A stretch of DNA of 64,000 nucleotides from Patellaria atrata CBS 101060 (GCA_010093705.1 MU006089.1:1366455-1430454), one strand, 5' to 3'; counted from the stretch's first letter, positions 11,493 through 25,367 are shown. A program made the numbers and translations. The notes: generated by a model from the letters alone, not told the origin.

Positions 11493-12441
11493 GCAAGTAG
11501 TATGAACAGGGAGCGGCCGCATCTAGTATGACAGAAGTTGGAAGCGAGCAAATCCAGTTCGGTCACCTTCGCTGGAGAAGAACGTGACTGAACGTAGAGT
11601 AAGAAAGCTCTTAACTGGTCTAACCCCGTCTAAACCAGGAAGGAGGCTTACTCTCATGCAAGTTCGACGAATTGATCGCTGGCTCTTCACTTCCGCATCG
11701 AAAAAAGTTTTAAATACAGAAATAGCGTTTCGCTGCATTCTGACATCAACCAAGAGAACAAAGGGTAAACCCCTGACGACCCTTATGAGATTTAGCATCC
11801 TCGGCATGCTGTTAAACCTGTTGTATTATAATTAATAGTAAAATGTAGTAGATTACAAAGCAGTGCTCTGCAATCTTTCCCCTCTTTACAAACCTGCAAA
11901 GTTTGTGTATCTCATCTCTCAATCATCTTGTTCAAAACGACCCAGCTCTCGCTTTATTGAGCAACCTCAGTTGGTATTGGCTGTTTTTTAAACACGTTGT
12001 GGAGGTAAAGGACAGCGAGTTGACTTTAGCTATATGCACAGCTTCGACGGTGATGACGACGGTATCGACGAGGTGGATTACCTTATTATTAACATTAATC
12101 TCTCGGGAATAGGAATTATCAGGCTAATATGAGGACCCGAGAAGCTATAGAATCTGTGCGATTCAATAAATAGAATCCTGATTCTCAAATTAGACTCCCC
12201 ATCATAGAATCATACGTCCAAAGTATATATTCTATAGACTAGGGACGAAGCCTAAGTCAATTAATCCCTATCAGATTTTCCCGCCGCAAGTCTAGTAGTG
12301 GTCGTCATCAAAATCTGGGTTCGGAGTCCTCATTCTTGGGGTTTCTCTTCGAAACCTCTTCCGCCTTATCGCATCTTGACATCTCGGGCATGCTTTCATC
12401 TTACAGCCGGGGCACTGCTGTAGATAAGGCCAAACCTCATA

Positions 12442-12685
12442 GCACCATTAAAACCCTCTCACAGCCCACCAACTCCTGGGGAGAAAGTCGGGTTCCTAGT
12501 CATGGAAGGCCCTATGGGCTTGCACCACGGCAACAAGACGTGGATTGTTTACTCCGCGAGTTACTGCGGAACGGCCAGCTATGCTTTAGCCCTTTTGAGC
12601 TATGACGGTAGAGGTGACCCAACACTATCCGGCTCATGGACGAAGTCTTCCAAACCGGTATTTAAGTCAGAAAACGGGAACTACG
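12442..12685 (+). pseudogene. GH43 glycoside hydrolase relic (internal fragment)
   Basis: LSQPTNSW / MEGPMGLHHGNKTWIVYSASYCGTASYALALLSYDGRGDP..SWTKSSKPVFKSENGNY parallels the intact GH43 at 13820. It is frameshifted, lacks an N-terminus and stops before the GxGHN motif. Confidence 0.8.
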
Positions 12686-12689
12686 AAGA

Positions 12690-13042
12690 GCCTGGGGCTC
12701 TTGTACGACCGTAGTCGGATAGAGGTCTTACCGTCGGGCACGGGGATGGCAAAGTCTGGACCCGGGTTCCGTCGGATTTTCAATACAGCTTCTACACACG
12801 CGCGTCCGCCGAGTTTGGGTCGTTAAGTGGGTTGCCTCTGATATCGCGGTATCCTCGGTCGTGATAAACTATGGCGTCGCTCTGACCGTCCTCGGATACA
12901 GTAAAGGAGTTGTGGCCAGGACCCCACTGGTTAGTCTTTGCGTTGCTGACGAAGATGGGACTCCGGGACTTTCTTCAAGACGCGGCGTTCATGAGGTTTG
13001 AGGACGCGGAGGTGGTTACTATGCCTACGCAATAATTGGACT
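12690..13042 (-). pseudogene. Second GH43 relic (arabinofuranosidase-type C-terminal part)
   Basis: Manual translation: NYCVGIVTTSASSNLMNAAS*RKSRSPIFVSNAKTNQWGPGHNSFTVSEDGQSDAIVYHDRGYRDIRGNPLNDPN..RV*KLY*KSDGT/PDFAIPVPDG. Three stops fall at expected W/Q/W codons, plus a frameshift. Confidence 0.8.
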
Positions 13043-13819
13043 ATTTTCTTATTGACCACTACTATCCTATAATATTAGGACTAACTATCTAAATCTAATC
13101 TAAAAATCTCTATTTGAAATTTTAAGTTAATATCTCTTACAATTAAAAGGTTATTAAGGTTTTTCTTTTCTTAAGATACCTAGAAAAAGCGTGCACGGAC
13201 TGTCCAAGACTTCTATTTTCTACACTTATTTACCGTAGTTCCTTCGAGTAGTTCCTCCTCTCTGCAACTATATTTCTTTATAACTCAACGACAACATAGG
13301 TTTGTATGCTGATCACAATGTTATATTTTCCTACCAAAGACATAGATTTTCTAAAGCGGTTTTCTACTACGTTGTCGCAGAGTGTTCTTTTAGGGAAAAA
13401 CTGCGTTACTTGGTCCACCAATCATCGGGAACTGTATCGCACAATTATTGGAGGTTTTTCAAGACTTCAATCTACGCATCTCATCTCAATTGGCCAGGAT
13501 CCCAGCTGTAGCCTAGACAATGGGCCGAAGGGCAACTCCGCTGGCTTGAATCTGGCGGACTTTCATAATCCGGTCAGTGTTATATAGTTCTATGGAAGAA
13601 TTCTCTGAACCTGAATACTGACATTGTCTAGACGAGTCGTAAATTGAATAGACTGGGAATGGATATTCATATTATTGCGATGATGGCATATTCATTTCCC
13701 CAAAGCAGGGTGCCTCCAGTTTCCCAATCGTTATTCTTATCAAGTATATATGGAGCCTCCAGTTCTAAAACTCCTGGTGTCATCATTGAATCGAGAAGTC
13801 AACATCGTAAATTGTGGCC

Positions 13820-14842
13820 ATGTTCCTTTCAAGATACTTCCTCATCCTAGGGTCGCTCCTCACGCTCTCCCTGGGCGCAACATTTACAAACCCCCTGAAA
13901 AATCCCAATGGAAGCGATCCCTTCATTGTCTGGGATGGCAATTACTACTACCTCCTAACCACTACGTGGAACAATGTCCAGATGACCAGGGCTAGGACGA
14001 TCAATGGTCTGAAAACCGGCGAGACAAAGGTTATTTATTCGGATTCCACGAGCAGCAGGTGTTGCAACGTATGGGCTCCGGAGGTACATTATTTTGGTGA
14101 TCGATGGTACATATATTATACGGCCGGCAACAACAAAGACTTGAACGGCCAGCGCGTGCATGCACTTCGTGGTGGCGCTACTCCCTGGGATGCTTATACG
14201 TACGTACGACAGGTAACTCCTGATTGGGGTATCGATGCATCAACTCTTCGGCTTCCACAAGGCAATTATCTCGTTTGGTCCTGCTTCTCACCCGCCGGTC
14301 TCCAATCTCTCTGCGCGGCTATGTTGAATAATGACTTTGTGTCCATCGGAGCCTCCCGTGTCATCTCCGAGCCTACATTGGCCTGGGAGCGTGTGCGCAA
14401 TCCCGTTAATGAAGGCCCAGCAGCCTTATACCATAGTAACAAGACATTCATTGCATATAGCGCTAGTGACTGCTGGAGTTCGAGCTACCAACTTGGGCTA
14501 TTAACGTGGAATGGTGGGGATCCGTTACAAAAGTCTTCGTGGTCTAAGTCTGGTCCACACTTCTCCAGTGCAAATGGCAATTACGGCACAGGACACAACG
14601 GGTACATGTTCTCAATATTACAAGGGGTGCAGTAAATACTGACAATCTTCTTTAGGTTCTTCGTGTCCCCAGATGAGACACAAATTTGGAATGTATACCA
14701 TGCCACTGCCGATCGCAACGGCCAGTGCGGTGGTCAACGTTACACAATGGTCAAACAAGTTAATTGGAACAACGACGGCACCCCAAATTTCGGCGTTGCT
14801 GAGCGTCTGGGAACAACGCTTCAGGGCCCTAGTGGGGAATAG
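13820..14842 (+). CDS. Secreted GH43 glycoside hydrolase (arabinofuranosidase/arabinanase-like)
   Basis: Signal peptide; SDPF, CCNVWAPE, WGIDAS, VNEGP, YSASDCW, GTGHNG|FFVSPD. Intron 14602-14655; stop TAG 14840-14842. Confidence 0.92.
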
Positions 14843-16589
14843 GTATTCTATCATAGTTATCGGAAGTTTGACAGCTTTTATCCTTGAATGCTAACACACA
14901 TTTATAAATGTGTCGAAAAAGACGAATGATATTACATACCCTGTGCTAGAGCTTCATCGATAAAGGTCTTTCTATCATCTTAAAGTCAGAAAGTCCCCTC
15001 TAGAGATGTAGCACCACCAAGTAAGATATCCGAACTTTGAGGCCGAATGCGTTATTGCCTCTTAACTGCCGCAATACTTACATTACTTCACGCAGCAACC
15101 AGCTATCTTTAGTACACTTACTTTTCCTGATTTTTTGACGGACGTTCAGCAAGGACGAAAATTATGGCTTAGAAGTCACAGGAAGGACGGCAAACATAAG
15201 AAAATGTACCGTCTCCGCAGTATAGCTGCTACCAGAATACACCCTAAATAACGATGGTTTTAGACTTAAATGATTCTAGTAAGAGGAAGTGGCGAGCTGA
15301 ACGCTGGTTTCTTCTTCCAACTTAGAAATATTTACCTGTCTATGGGTATCGTTCTAACTTTTGAGACCTCTATGCCCTTAGAGACGCTCGAATATTGGTA
15401 GAACGGTGGTATAGAGGTTCAGGTACGTTAATGACAATGCTATAGCTGGAGAAAACTTATCTATACCCGGGTGGAAGTGCTGTGACTCGATTTAGTAGAG
15501 TACGCAAATCTTCGACCCTCCGTATAATCCAGCTGATGACGCGTAGATTTCTGAGTTTTCATATTCTCGTATTCCTATGTGTTATCTACCGGCGATGTTC
15601 TATTGAAAAAGAGGAAACTAAATTCATAGATAGTACGTTTGCCAGGGTTGGCTCGAAAAGGAGATCAGATCTAAGACTAAAGTTCTTAGCAGTTGTACTT
15701 GTCACGTTCGTGAGTTCAAACCTTTCCCAAATTCAAACATGCCCAACCTGATGCAAGAATAGGTTCACTTTATCTCATTTATTGTGCTTAGGTATATGAC
15801 GTTGAACTGGGGTATTGAATTAAACGTCTGGACTGTCCATCCAGCAAGGTATACAAAATCTGTTCAGGTCAGCGCGAGCATCCATTAAAATTGCCCTAGG
15901 CACATTTTCGGTTCAAGGTCTCTCAACCAAACTATAAACATTCAACAACTAGTATACATGCTAACAATTTCATTTGTCAAGGTTGTAATTCCCTCTTGGT
16001 TTTGGCATATTTTCGTCCCCTCAATACGATTAATGTCGTAGACGATTTCTTTATCTTAATCTTGTCGATCCCCTAGATTCAGAAGCTGGTATAGCTGAAC
16101 ACGAAGATGGAGATTTTATTCATTTTCACCACAGGTCTTTTATATCATCTCTGATTATCTCGGTTCTTCCCGAAATTTCTACAATAGCCAAACTCCCATT
16201 TTCCATTTCTCATCTGTACCCAAATGTTAGTTGTTTTCAAATCAAACCCCCGAAAGAGCTTACGAACTCCGCCAAGTCGCACCTCTTGCGTCGCATTTAT
16301 GGCCAATATCGCGTATCAGTTAAACCTTCTAAGTAACACGCTGAACTTTTAGTATTACGTAGGTGCGTCGGGCTGGGACAAATAATTTCCGACTGTATAC
16401 CATATTTTCTGGCCTTTGACTTCAAACGCTACCGCATGACTATTAGGGTAGGTTTTAACCCATTTCTTTTGGTTGTGATAGTTACAAGAAAGAGCAAAAC
16501 GCTACGACAAATATCCACATATCAGGTTCTACTCCCTGCAGTAGTCCTGCAGTAGCGTCGTGGATCAAAGATAAGAAAATACGGTGCTT

Positions 16590-16628
16590 GCTGACACCCC
16601 TGTAGCTAACTTTTCTGACACCCCTGTA
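16590..16628. repeat. Short direct repeat CTGACACCCCTGTA x2 upstream of the MFS gene
   Basis: gctgacacccctgtagctaacttttctgacacccctgta read directly. Confidence 0.6.
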
Positions 16629-16929
16629 TCCCAATCTCTTACTATTATGCGTTTTTCTTACGAGGAATCCATAGAGTAAGAGAACGAGCATTACGTTATA
16701 TCTTCTTACGAGTTGTGAGCAAATACATCTTATAGTGAGCAAACTATGCGTGTAATATACTGGATTTCGCGTGCATTCGTGCTGGCCAGCATTCTTCAAA
16801 ATAGGTCTCAATCCAATTAAGTACAGGCCCACTTGTTTTATTTTTTTTATGCCTCTATAGTTCATCTTCGTTTATATTGGGCGCTTGTCGTGTGTGTGAC
16901 ACATCTAAGTTGTTTTACATCGCATCAAA

Positions 16930-18992
16930 ATGTGCTCTGGTCCAAGTCGTCAAACTGGGTACGATGCCTCAGGACCGGTTCGGCAGGAATCAGGCATAGG
17001 CGTTACTCATGAAACGAAAGAAACCGTTGCGGAGCATTCCCCTTCTATGTCAGGGCCGGACGAGCGCTTAGACACTATTGGTGACTATCCAAGTGGCGTC
17101 TTGCTGATATTCATTGGCGTAGCCCTTTTGATGAGCGTGTTTTTGGTATGTTTCCTCTCCAGACATGTGATTGAGCTTATTGTACCGCTCACACTCGAAG
17201 GTCGCTTTAGATATGGTTTGTACAAATCTGATGTGGTTAATAAGATCCTAATTTCAGGAAGACTATTGTAGCAACTGCTATACCGAGGATAACAGACGAA
17301 TTCAAATCCATCGATGAGGTTGGATGGTATGGCTCAGCGTTCTTTCTAACTCTGGCTGCATTTCAGTCGACCTGGGGCAAACTATATCGATATTGCAATT
17401 TGAAGTTCTCTTTTCTTATTGCAGGATTGATATTCGAACTAGGTAGCTTGATGTGCGGTAAGCTCCCCGAGATTTCCATTCATCTAGCGGTACTGTAACA
17501 ATATAGGGATCGCAAAAAGCAGTACCACCCTAGTCGCTGGACGTGCAATTACCGGCTTCGGTGCGGCCGGATTATTCGGCGGTAGCTATACAATTATAGC
17601 CTTCATTGCTTCGCCGGAGAAAAGGCCTGCGTATACCGGCTTGGTTGGCACAGCATACGCTATTGCGAGCGTAGCAGGGCCCCTTCTAGGCGGCGTTTTT
17701 ACGGATACAATCAGCTGGCGATGGTGGTACTGTACAGTTCCAAACTCCTTAAAAAAATTACATTAGCTCATTCAGGAATAAGCTTTCTTATAAACCTACC
17801 GATTGGAGGTGTAGCCCTTGGTTTAATCCTACTATTGTTCAAACCTCCAACCTCAGCAAGGCCCACTGAAGCGCCTCTTAGGGAGATTATTTTGCAACTG
17901 GACCTCCCAGGGACTATTATCGTTCTTGCTTGCCTCTTATGCTTTCTCCTCGCTACACAATGGTCGGGCGTAACACGCACCTGGGATTCTCCTAATGTAA
18001 TTGCAGTCTGGGTTTCATTCGCCGGGTTACTGCTCGCTTTCATCTTAATCCAAATCCGGCAGCAAGAAAGGGCCGCCCTCATACCACGTATTTTGAGGCA
18101 AAGGGCTCTTGCTGGTGTATGTGCTTTTGCATTTTTGTACGATCTTGAACACCTTCTACTGAACGTGTATTGACCAACTACTAGTCAAAACGGCACAAAT
18201 TTCCTCGTCACTTATTATCTCCCCATCTATTTTCAAGTTATTATGGGCGCTACTGCAGCTCAAAGTGGAATCTACAATTTCCCTCTCATTGTGGGATCTT
18301 GTGAGTCTTCTGCATCTTTTCCATCCGCATGCTTTCCGCTCAAACTAACCCCACGCTGAAGGCGTATGCGCTGCTCTTTCCGGCATCTTAATCGTCCGTA
18401 TAGGCTATTATACCCCATTCATGGCGTTCGGCAGCGCTCTCTTCCTGGTAGGCGCAGGTCTACTATATACTCTGGATATTAACACTCCACTGAAGTATTC
18501 TATCGGTTATCAGGTGATTCTCGGTGTGGGCCAAGGGATTGGTATTCAGATGGCGGTGATTACCGCTCAGGCATACTCCCGCGTCCAGGACCTCTCAGCA
18601 TCAACAGCCATTGTACTGTGTAAGTTTTGATTCCCGATCTGTAGTGCAGCTTACAGACCGCTGACGGTATGTCCACAGTTTTTCAGATGATGGGTGGCAC
18701 AGTGTGTGTTTCCATGGGCCAGTCGACGTTTAGTAACCGATTGGTAAAGGATCTCGCCAGCAGGGCGCCATGGATCAATGCAGAAAGTGTGTTGGGGACA
18801 GGAACGACAGAGTTGAGGACGGCTTTTCCGGCTGGTGATGTCAGGTTGATCCTTGAGAGCTATATGTTTGGGTTAAGAGATACATTTGCGCTAAGTGCTG
18901 CCCTCACCGGATGTTCATTTGTAGCGAGTTGGGTTGCGCCAATTAGGAGTATCAAGAGCCTAGGCGAAGCTGATACCAGTATAAGCGTATAA
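16930..18992 (+). CDS. MFS drug:H+ antiporter (DHA2/14-TMS, toxin-efflux type), multi-exon
   Basis: [85 protein letters not shown]. Confidence 0.9.
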
Positions 18993-19621
18993 CTCAACCT
19001 TAGAAATAAAAACATGAGATTGTAATGGTTTACGATGGGGTTAGAAACTCTGTTACTGTAATACATGGAGCACTTTCCAAAGGATAGTCCCCTGTACGGA
19101 GGTATCCAGAGCTTGATTGCTTCAGGAGTGCGAGTGGGTTGCTTGATTTTCTCGTGTAACCGGAGAAATGATTAAAAGTGGCCAGTCAAGGGTGATCTCT
19201 CTGGCGTTGCTACTCCTCAGTGTAAATTTCAGAAAAGCTAGACCACAGTGTAACCTACAAAGGAGACAAAATAATCACTTTACCGAAAGAAGCCCCACCA
19301 AGGTCCGTAAGACAAGGCCGGTAGGTTTCGTGTAGGTCACCAAATTCTAAGACGAGAAAAGTAGAAATAGAAAATGAGCCGTAGAAACACTTGAGCTGAC
19401 GGTAGTACCATGCGCGAACCCTGACTGTCTTCGTAACCCCACAATGTGTTAGAATCACCTATTATACCAGAAATTCATTCATACCATTCCGCATTGGTAG
19501 TAAGCCCTCAGACACGGTTTTCGAATAGCCCGATTTTGCTACACAAAATACACAGGAGAGTAGACGACTGCCGTCAACTTTATTTTGAGCGAAGATAATT
19601 TGACAGAGTTCAAAAATGTTG

Positions 19622-21615
19622 CTAGTGCCTAACCACTACTCGCACGCCATGGCTACCCTCAGCAGGATAAGGAATGATCATGTCCGAGTTCATATCTACG
19701 TCCCTCGCTCGCTCGGTGTCATAAAGCTCCAGTGTTGGACAAGTCTGGGTACCGGTGCCATCATATAAGTCGTACTTGCGGAAGATGCCAGCAATGATGG
19801 TAAAGAGCTCTTGCCGAGCGAGATTCATTCTGAGCATCAATTAGCACCTAAGACACGTTTCTAGATTGGGAACGCATAGGAGGAAACTGAATGTAAACAT
19901 ACCCAAGACAATTTCTGGTCCCCTTCGCGAAAGCAATTAAGGATTTATCCAACCGCGGATTCTCAATCCACCTTTCAGGAATGAACTCGAAGGGATCCTG
20001 AAATACCTCGGGATTCGTATGTAATACCCACGTGGTCATATTCATCGAAGTCCCTGCCGGTATATTGTAATCTTCGCCCGTCTGGCTGTTTTTATACACA
20101 ACATCCTCGTACGGAGAAACTCGCGGTAAGCGGGACACCACACTTGGATGTAGTCGTAAGATCTCCTGAACAACGGCACCAAGGTACGGGAGGGCTTCTA
20201 CCTGGGAGTAGGTCGGAACGACTTTGGGTTCGTGGATGGCGGCAACTAGCTCTGCTCGGAGCTTTTTGAGTGAGGCGGGATTCGCTAGAAGCTCGAAAAC
20301 GGCGAAACTGAGAGTCGTACCGGTAGTATCCTGACCAGCAAGAACGGTGAGCTGGGCTTCATGGCCGAGGCGCGCAGTTGTCTTTTCCTCTGGGGGTAGA
20401 TTACTATGGAGGATTCCATAGAAAATGGTGTCCTTACCGGCGTCGGGATCGGGTGAGTTTCGAATGTCCTCCACTTGAGCTTTCCAAACCTGTGAGCTAT
20501 TAATTAAATAGAGTGACTGATGGATGGTTAAACAAGCGTACCTCTTGCATTTTCATAAGATCGAAAAGACCAGGTGCCAGTATGCGACAAAACCATCTCG
20601 GACTGGCCTCCAGGAGCGGACCAAGCCAAGGAAAGTGCATCAGTGCGTGATTCATCTTAAAAACAGAATCGACCGCTTTCATGAACGGCATATTATAGTC
20701 TGGATAGTCAAGGAAGTTTGTAGAATTACCAAAGGCATATTTTGTAATGATGTCACTTGTCGCTGCTTTGAAGACGTAGTTAAGCGACATCACCTCACCT
20801 GTCTTACTTGCAGATTCCATCCGACCCAGTATTTTCTCCAAGCTAATGGTTATTATAGGCTCTAGTTTCCTTATACGCGCACTCGAAAAGAAGTTGGCTA
20901 CCGCGCCCCGTCGCTGTCGATGTACATCATGCTGGATTGTCGCTACCATCGAGTTTTTGGCTGACTTAGATTAGTGGCTACATTCAAGAAGATTAGACAA
21001 GATTGAATACTCATCGTCCGCCTCCCAGTGAATCGATACTTGTTGGTTTTCTTTGTCGCGCCGGGAAATATATCGTCAATGAAATTTGGGTCATTGCAGT
21101 GGATTTCATGAGGATTGATACGGATGAGTGGTCCTTGATTTTTACTCCTACGTCAATTAAGAATACAAAAATTAAGCTTTGTCCGGCTTACCGTATTCTT
21201 TATGAAGCTCGGCTATCTTGAAAATGTACTTTCCCCCTAGCCAGACGTCGTAGTAAGCTTCGTACCATGTGGTCATTGCTATACATTTCCACTTAGTAAT
21301 GCAGTTAGAACAAGAAGTAGTCTTTACTGACCGGCCAATTTTGGGCCAGGTATCTTTGCAAGCGGGTCGAAGTATACTTCAAATCAGATTAATCGGGATT
21401 CTCTTGAAACTCGGTTCGAAAATCGTACAGCGATAAATAGCACCACAGATGCAGAAAACAGGCCATCCGACGGCTACAATACTCAACGTTACCGCACTGG
21501 TCAAGTCTTTCTCTTTCCATTGCTCGAACCCTCGGAGGATGCCGGTCCCGTCTAGAATCGTGGCATAGGTGAAATTCTCCAAGGATTTTTCCAAGAATTG
21601 CCCATATGAAATCAT
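19622..21615 (-). CDS. Cytochrome P450 monooxygenase (multi-exon; start uncertain)
   Basis: TM anchor then YRLYFDPLAKIPGPKLA. I-helix LAGQDTT, EILRLHP (ExxR), FIPERW, heme motif FAKGTRNCLG|MNLA. Confidence 0.93.
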
Positions 21616-22308
21616 GATGATGACGCCCGCTTTTTGTCAACCGGAAGGAGATGATAGCATAGGATGGGAGCATACGGTATGGGACTTTTTGCCCAAGCTC
21701 CATATATGTTCATTTTCTCTCCTGCCATTGGGACCTTGACGGCTTCACTTAGAACTACAGGAAAGCATAGGTCTAGAAAGAGTATCAACACATCCATGCC
21801 TAATTAGTTTTGCACTTCCAGTAATGGATACTGACAGTTGCTCTGAGTTATCACAAAGGTGTCGTGGAGTTTGCTGGTCAAAGTAAGCTTAAGGAAAGTA
21901 TGGTAAGCAACAGGGGAGTAAGCGAGGTGTTTAGTTCTATTTCTGGACTAGCATGGATAAGCAACATAGGTTAATGGGACCACTTGAACGTAGGTACACA
22001 GTAACACCTGACCCCGATTTCTGTATGCATATGTGACCCTAAGTAATTGTTCAATATGAGCCTCAAGCGCTACTGCACGTGTAAGTACTACTATTCCCGA
22101 CTTTACTCACTAACACCAGCATTCGTGATTCCGCATGGAGAACGAGATGCGCTTACCACGTTCCATGTCCTCACACCGGATTTTGACCTTAGAATACAAA
22201 CTCCTAGGAGTCGGTTATAAGTCGATATGACTGTTTCTTTGAATAGAGTTTCTCTCTCGCTCTTTCTTTGCTTTGATTCGAGACGAGTACTCGAACTTTT
22301 AATACAAG

Positions 22309-24105
22309 ATGATCGTTAGTCATCGAGCTATACTGGCCGTTTGGGGGCTTTTTTGGGTTTCCGTTGGCCATTCGGCTGTCTTGAAACCCTACAACGTCAC
22401 CAAAGACTGCTACTATCTTCCACAGGACCAAGAGTGGCCGAGTGTTTCCGAATGGGCTCAACTGAACAAATCAGTCGATGGCAGACTTATAGCTGGTAGG
22501 CCAATGGCAGAAGTTTGCCGTCGCTCTACATTTCAATCTGAATCATGCGCCGACCTTAAGAAGGAATGGATTCTCGCCAATCCACAGTATGTTCAACCAG
22601 TGATACTACAGAGCTTTGCTCACACTTGCTACAGTTTCCAAGATCCAGTCTCTTTTTACAGCCCGTACTGGCTCAACAACACGTGCAGTCCTTTTGCGGA
22701 TGCTGATGCACCATGTGATATGGGGAACCTCCCTTCGTACGCCATCAATGTCAGCAGTGCTGCGGATGTTGCCGCGGGCCTCAGGTTCGCCCGCACAAAG
22801 AACATCCGCTTAACCATCAAGAACACCGGCCACGATTTCAATGGGCGCTCCTCAGGCCAAGGTGCCCTTAGTCTCTGGATGCACAATTTGAACGACATAT
22901 CCTTTTTCGACTACATCGGTCCCACTTATCTAGGGCGAGCGGTGCGCATGCACTCTGGTGTGCAAGCCTGGGATGCCTATGCCGCAGCAGGCAGAGAGGG
23001 CGTACGAATGGTCGGTGGGTTCTGTCCTACTGTAGGTCTAGTAGGTGGGTATGTACAGGGCGGAGGACACGGGCCGCTTGCTCCAATGTACGGTATGGCG
23101 GCTGATAACACACTGGAGTTCGAAGTTGTGACCGCGGACGGGAGACATTTGAACGTGAGCGCGACACAGCACCCTGATCTATTCTGGGCCTTGAATGGTG
23201 GCGGGGGCGGAAACTATGCGGTAGTCCTTTCTCAGGTCACTAAGGTCTTTCCTGATGGAATTGTGGGTGGTGCAACCCTCACGTTCAATAAGTCTGATAC
23301 GCCGGCCGAGCAGGAGCCTTTTTGGGATAGTGTCACAGCATGGCAGAAGCATCTGCTTACCCTGAACAGCGAACCTGGATTTCAGGCTGTATACACTGTG
23401 ACGAACTTCAGCTTCCAGATCAATTTCCTGACTTGGCCTGGGAAGACGAAAGAACAAGTTAATTCTTCTCTGGCGCCCTTCCGAGCCGAATTGGACCGGA
23501 GGAATATCAATTTCACACAAGTAGTAAGTGATGACAGTGGGTATCATAAGCATTTTGCTCGATACACACCCGGCCTACCGTTCGGAAAGTACGTCGTATT
23601 TATGATACTTGGTGGTCGGCTCATTCCTCGACGTACGTTAGAGAATGATGCAGAGGGGTTAACTACTGCCATCAGAAGCATAACAGAGGATGGAAGATAT
23701 ACGTACAATGGGATTAGTATGAATGTGTCACACGCTCGTGCCGGCAACGAACCAGGGGCAAATGCGGTATTGCCTGCGTGGCGGGATGCAGCAATCAGCT
23801 CCAATATCGTCGTTGAGTGGCACCCAGAGAAGGGGGATACACTTGACATGTTGCTCGCGACACAAAAGGAGATGAACGATGTCATGGTCCCGCAGCTGGA
23901 AATGGTGTCGCCAAATAGTGGAACGTATATGAATGAAGGGACCTTCGATTTAGCAACGTGGAAGGATGATTACTATGGAACAAACTACGATAAATTACTA
24001 GAAATCAAGAAGAAGTGGGATCCGGATATGATATTCTATGGAAAACCGAACGTTGGAAACGAATATTGGAAAAGGATGGCTGATGGGAGGCTGTGCAGAG
24101 CCTGA
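22309..24105 (+). CDS. FAD-linked oxidoreductase, berberine-bridge-enzyme-like, with signal peptide
   Basis: IKNTGHDFNGRS (covalent-FAD His), GFCPTVGLVGGYVQGGGHG, DLFWALNGGGG, GTYMNEG, YYGTNYDKLLEIKKKWDP. Probable 48-nt in-frame intron 22587-22634. Confidence 0.93.
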   Translation: MIVSHRAILAVWGLFWVSVGHSAVLKPYNVTKDCYYLPQDQEWPSVSEWAQLNKSVDGRLIAGRPMAEVCRRSTFQSESCADLKKEWILANPQYVQPVILQSFAHTCYSFQDPVSFYSPYWLNNTCSPFADADAPCDMGNLPSYAINVSSAADVAAGLRFARTKNIRLTIKNTGHDFNGRSSGQGALSLWMHNLNDISFFDYIGPTYLGRAVRMHSGVQAWDAYAAAGREGVRMVGGFCPTVGLVGGYVQGGGHGPLAPMYGMAADNTLEFEVVTADGRHLNVSATQHPDLFWALNGGGGGNYAVVLSQVTKVFPDGIVGGATLTFNKSDTPAEQEPFWDSVTAWQKHLLTLNSEPGFQAVYTVTNFSFQINFLTWPGKTKEQVNSSLAPFRAELDRRNINFTQVVSDDSGYHKHFARYTPGLPFGKYVVFMILGGRLIPRRTLENDAEGLTTAIRSITEDGRYTYNGISMNVSHARAGNEPGANAVLPAWRDAAISSNIVVEWHPEKGDTLDMLLATQKEMNDVMVPQLEMVSPNSGTYMNEGTFDLATWKDDYYGTNYDKLLEIKKKWDPDMIFYGKPNVGNEYWKRMADGRLCRA

Positions 24106-24545
24106 ATGAGTCCCTAGAGTCCCTAACTTGATGAGTATCCAAGTAGTGCTTGATATACACCAATGTGGAGAATTCTAGGATTGTTCCGCTCTGTATTTCT
24201 TTGGAAAGGGTGTGACGCTACATAAGTGAGTTGTCGAAGACTTCTGGTACTTTTTTCAGCGTTCAAACACTATAGTAAAATGAGACAAGTATCTACCAAC
24301 TGAAGAATTTTGGAAAATTGAGAGCTAACATATTTTATCGAAGTAGTTCATATCCTCCTTCTTCATGCTAATTGCTCTACAATAACACAAAAACCTTCAC
24401 TTTGATTGTCATCAATCATTGACCCAGTCACCAGCCTACTTCAGAAATGGAGACTAAACAGCTGCGCAAAGTGCATAAATCAAAGTCTCAGTGCTCATTG
24501 TTACTGGTCAAGGCTCCTTGAGGCTGCATATCATAACTTCGAACT

Positions 24546-25367
24546 TCACCACGGCTTCTCCTCACCTGTGTACAACCAAAATTTCCCACTCGACTTCGTC
24601 CTGGTCGCATTATCAATAACTTTTACCACCCCCTTTATACTCTCTTCCGTCGTAATCTCCGCTTCCTTGAACCCGAGGGCTACTGCACCGTAGTTTCCCA
24701 GATCTGTTTGCACCCAACTGTTGTAGTCGTTAGCACAAGCACTCGCTCTGATTTTATACTAGTCATAATCCAACCAGAGGTTCGCAACTTACCCGGGATC
24801 TATAGGGAATGTGCACACATGCTCCTCTTCAAAGTGCATCTTGAGCGTCAGATAGTTCAAGGCCGCTTTGCTGGTACCATACGCGCCACTAGGAAATGGG
24901 CGGGTATCCATCTCTGATAAACTTCCAGCGGAACTGCTCATGGTCACAAACTTGGGAGATTTGGCCTCTAGAAGGAGTGGTAAGATTGCCTGCCACAACC
25001 ACACAACACCGTAGACATTGACATCCAAGTGCCTCTGCAGGTCCCAGACATTGAGCTCCGAGACTTTAGGCCAAATCTGGCTGATACCGGCGTTGGCAAT
25101 GACCAAGTCGACATGTTTGATATCATGTCTGGTGATTAGCTCATTTACCGCATTGGCGGGATCTGTCGCATTGGTCCCTTCTATTTTAACGAGCACGAGC
25201 CGAGAGCCCTCTCCAGTTGGAAGCGAGAGCAGCGCTTTTGAGGACGCAGACTTGATGTCGCGGTTTGCAGCGATGACGGTGTGGTTGGGCTTGTTTAGAT
25301 AGTATTGGAGTAGGGCCTTGCCGAGGCCTCTGTTAGCGCCTGTGATAAGGACTCTATAGTTCGACAT
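24546..25367 (-). CDS. Short-chain dehydrogenase/reductase (Nor-1-like ketoreductase family)
   Basis: VLITGANRGLG, IANAG, SSSAGS, YGTSK (YxxxK), IDPG|WVQTDLGN. Last exon ends KPW-TGA at 24546-24548. Confidence 0.92.

Noticed and set aside
14900..16865. ORFs 15482-15751 and 16482-16865 as additional cluster genes
   Set aside because: No domain signatures; they look like intergenic or promoter sequence.
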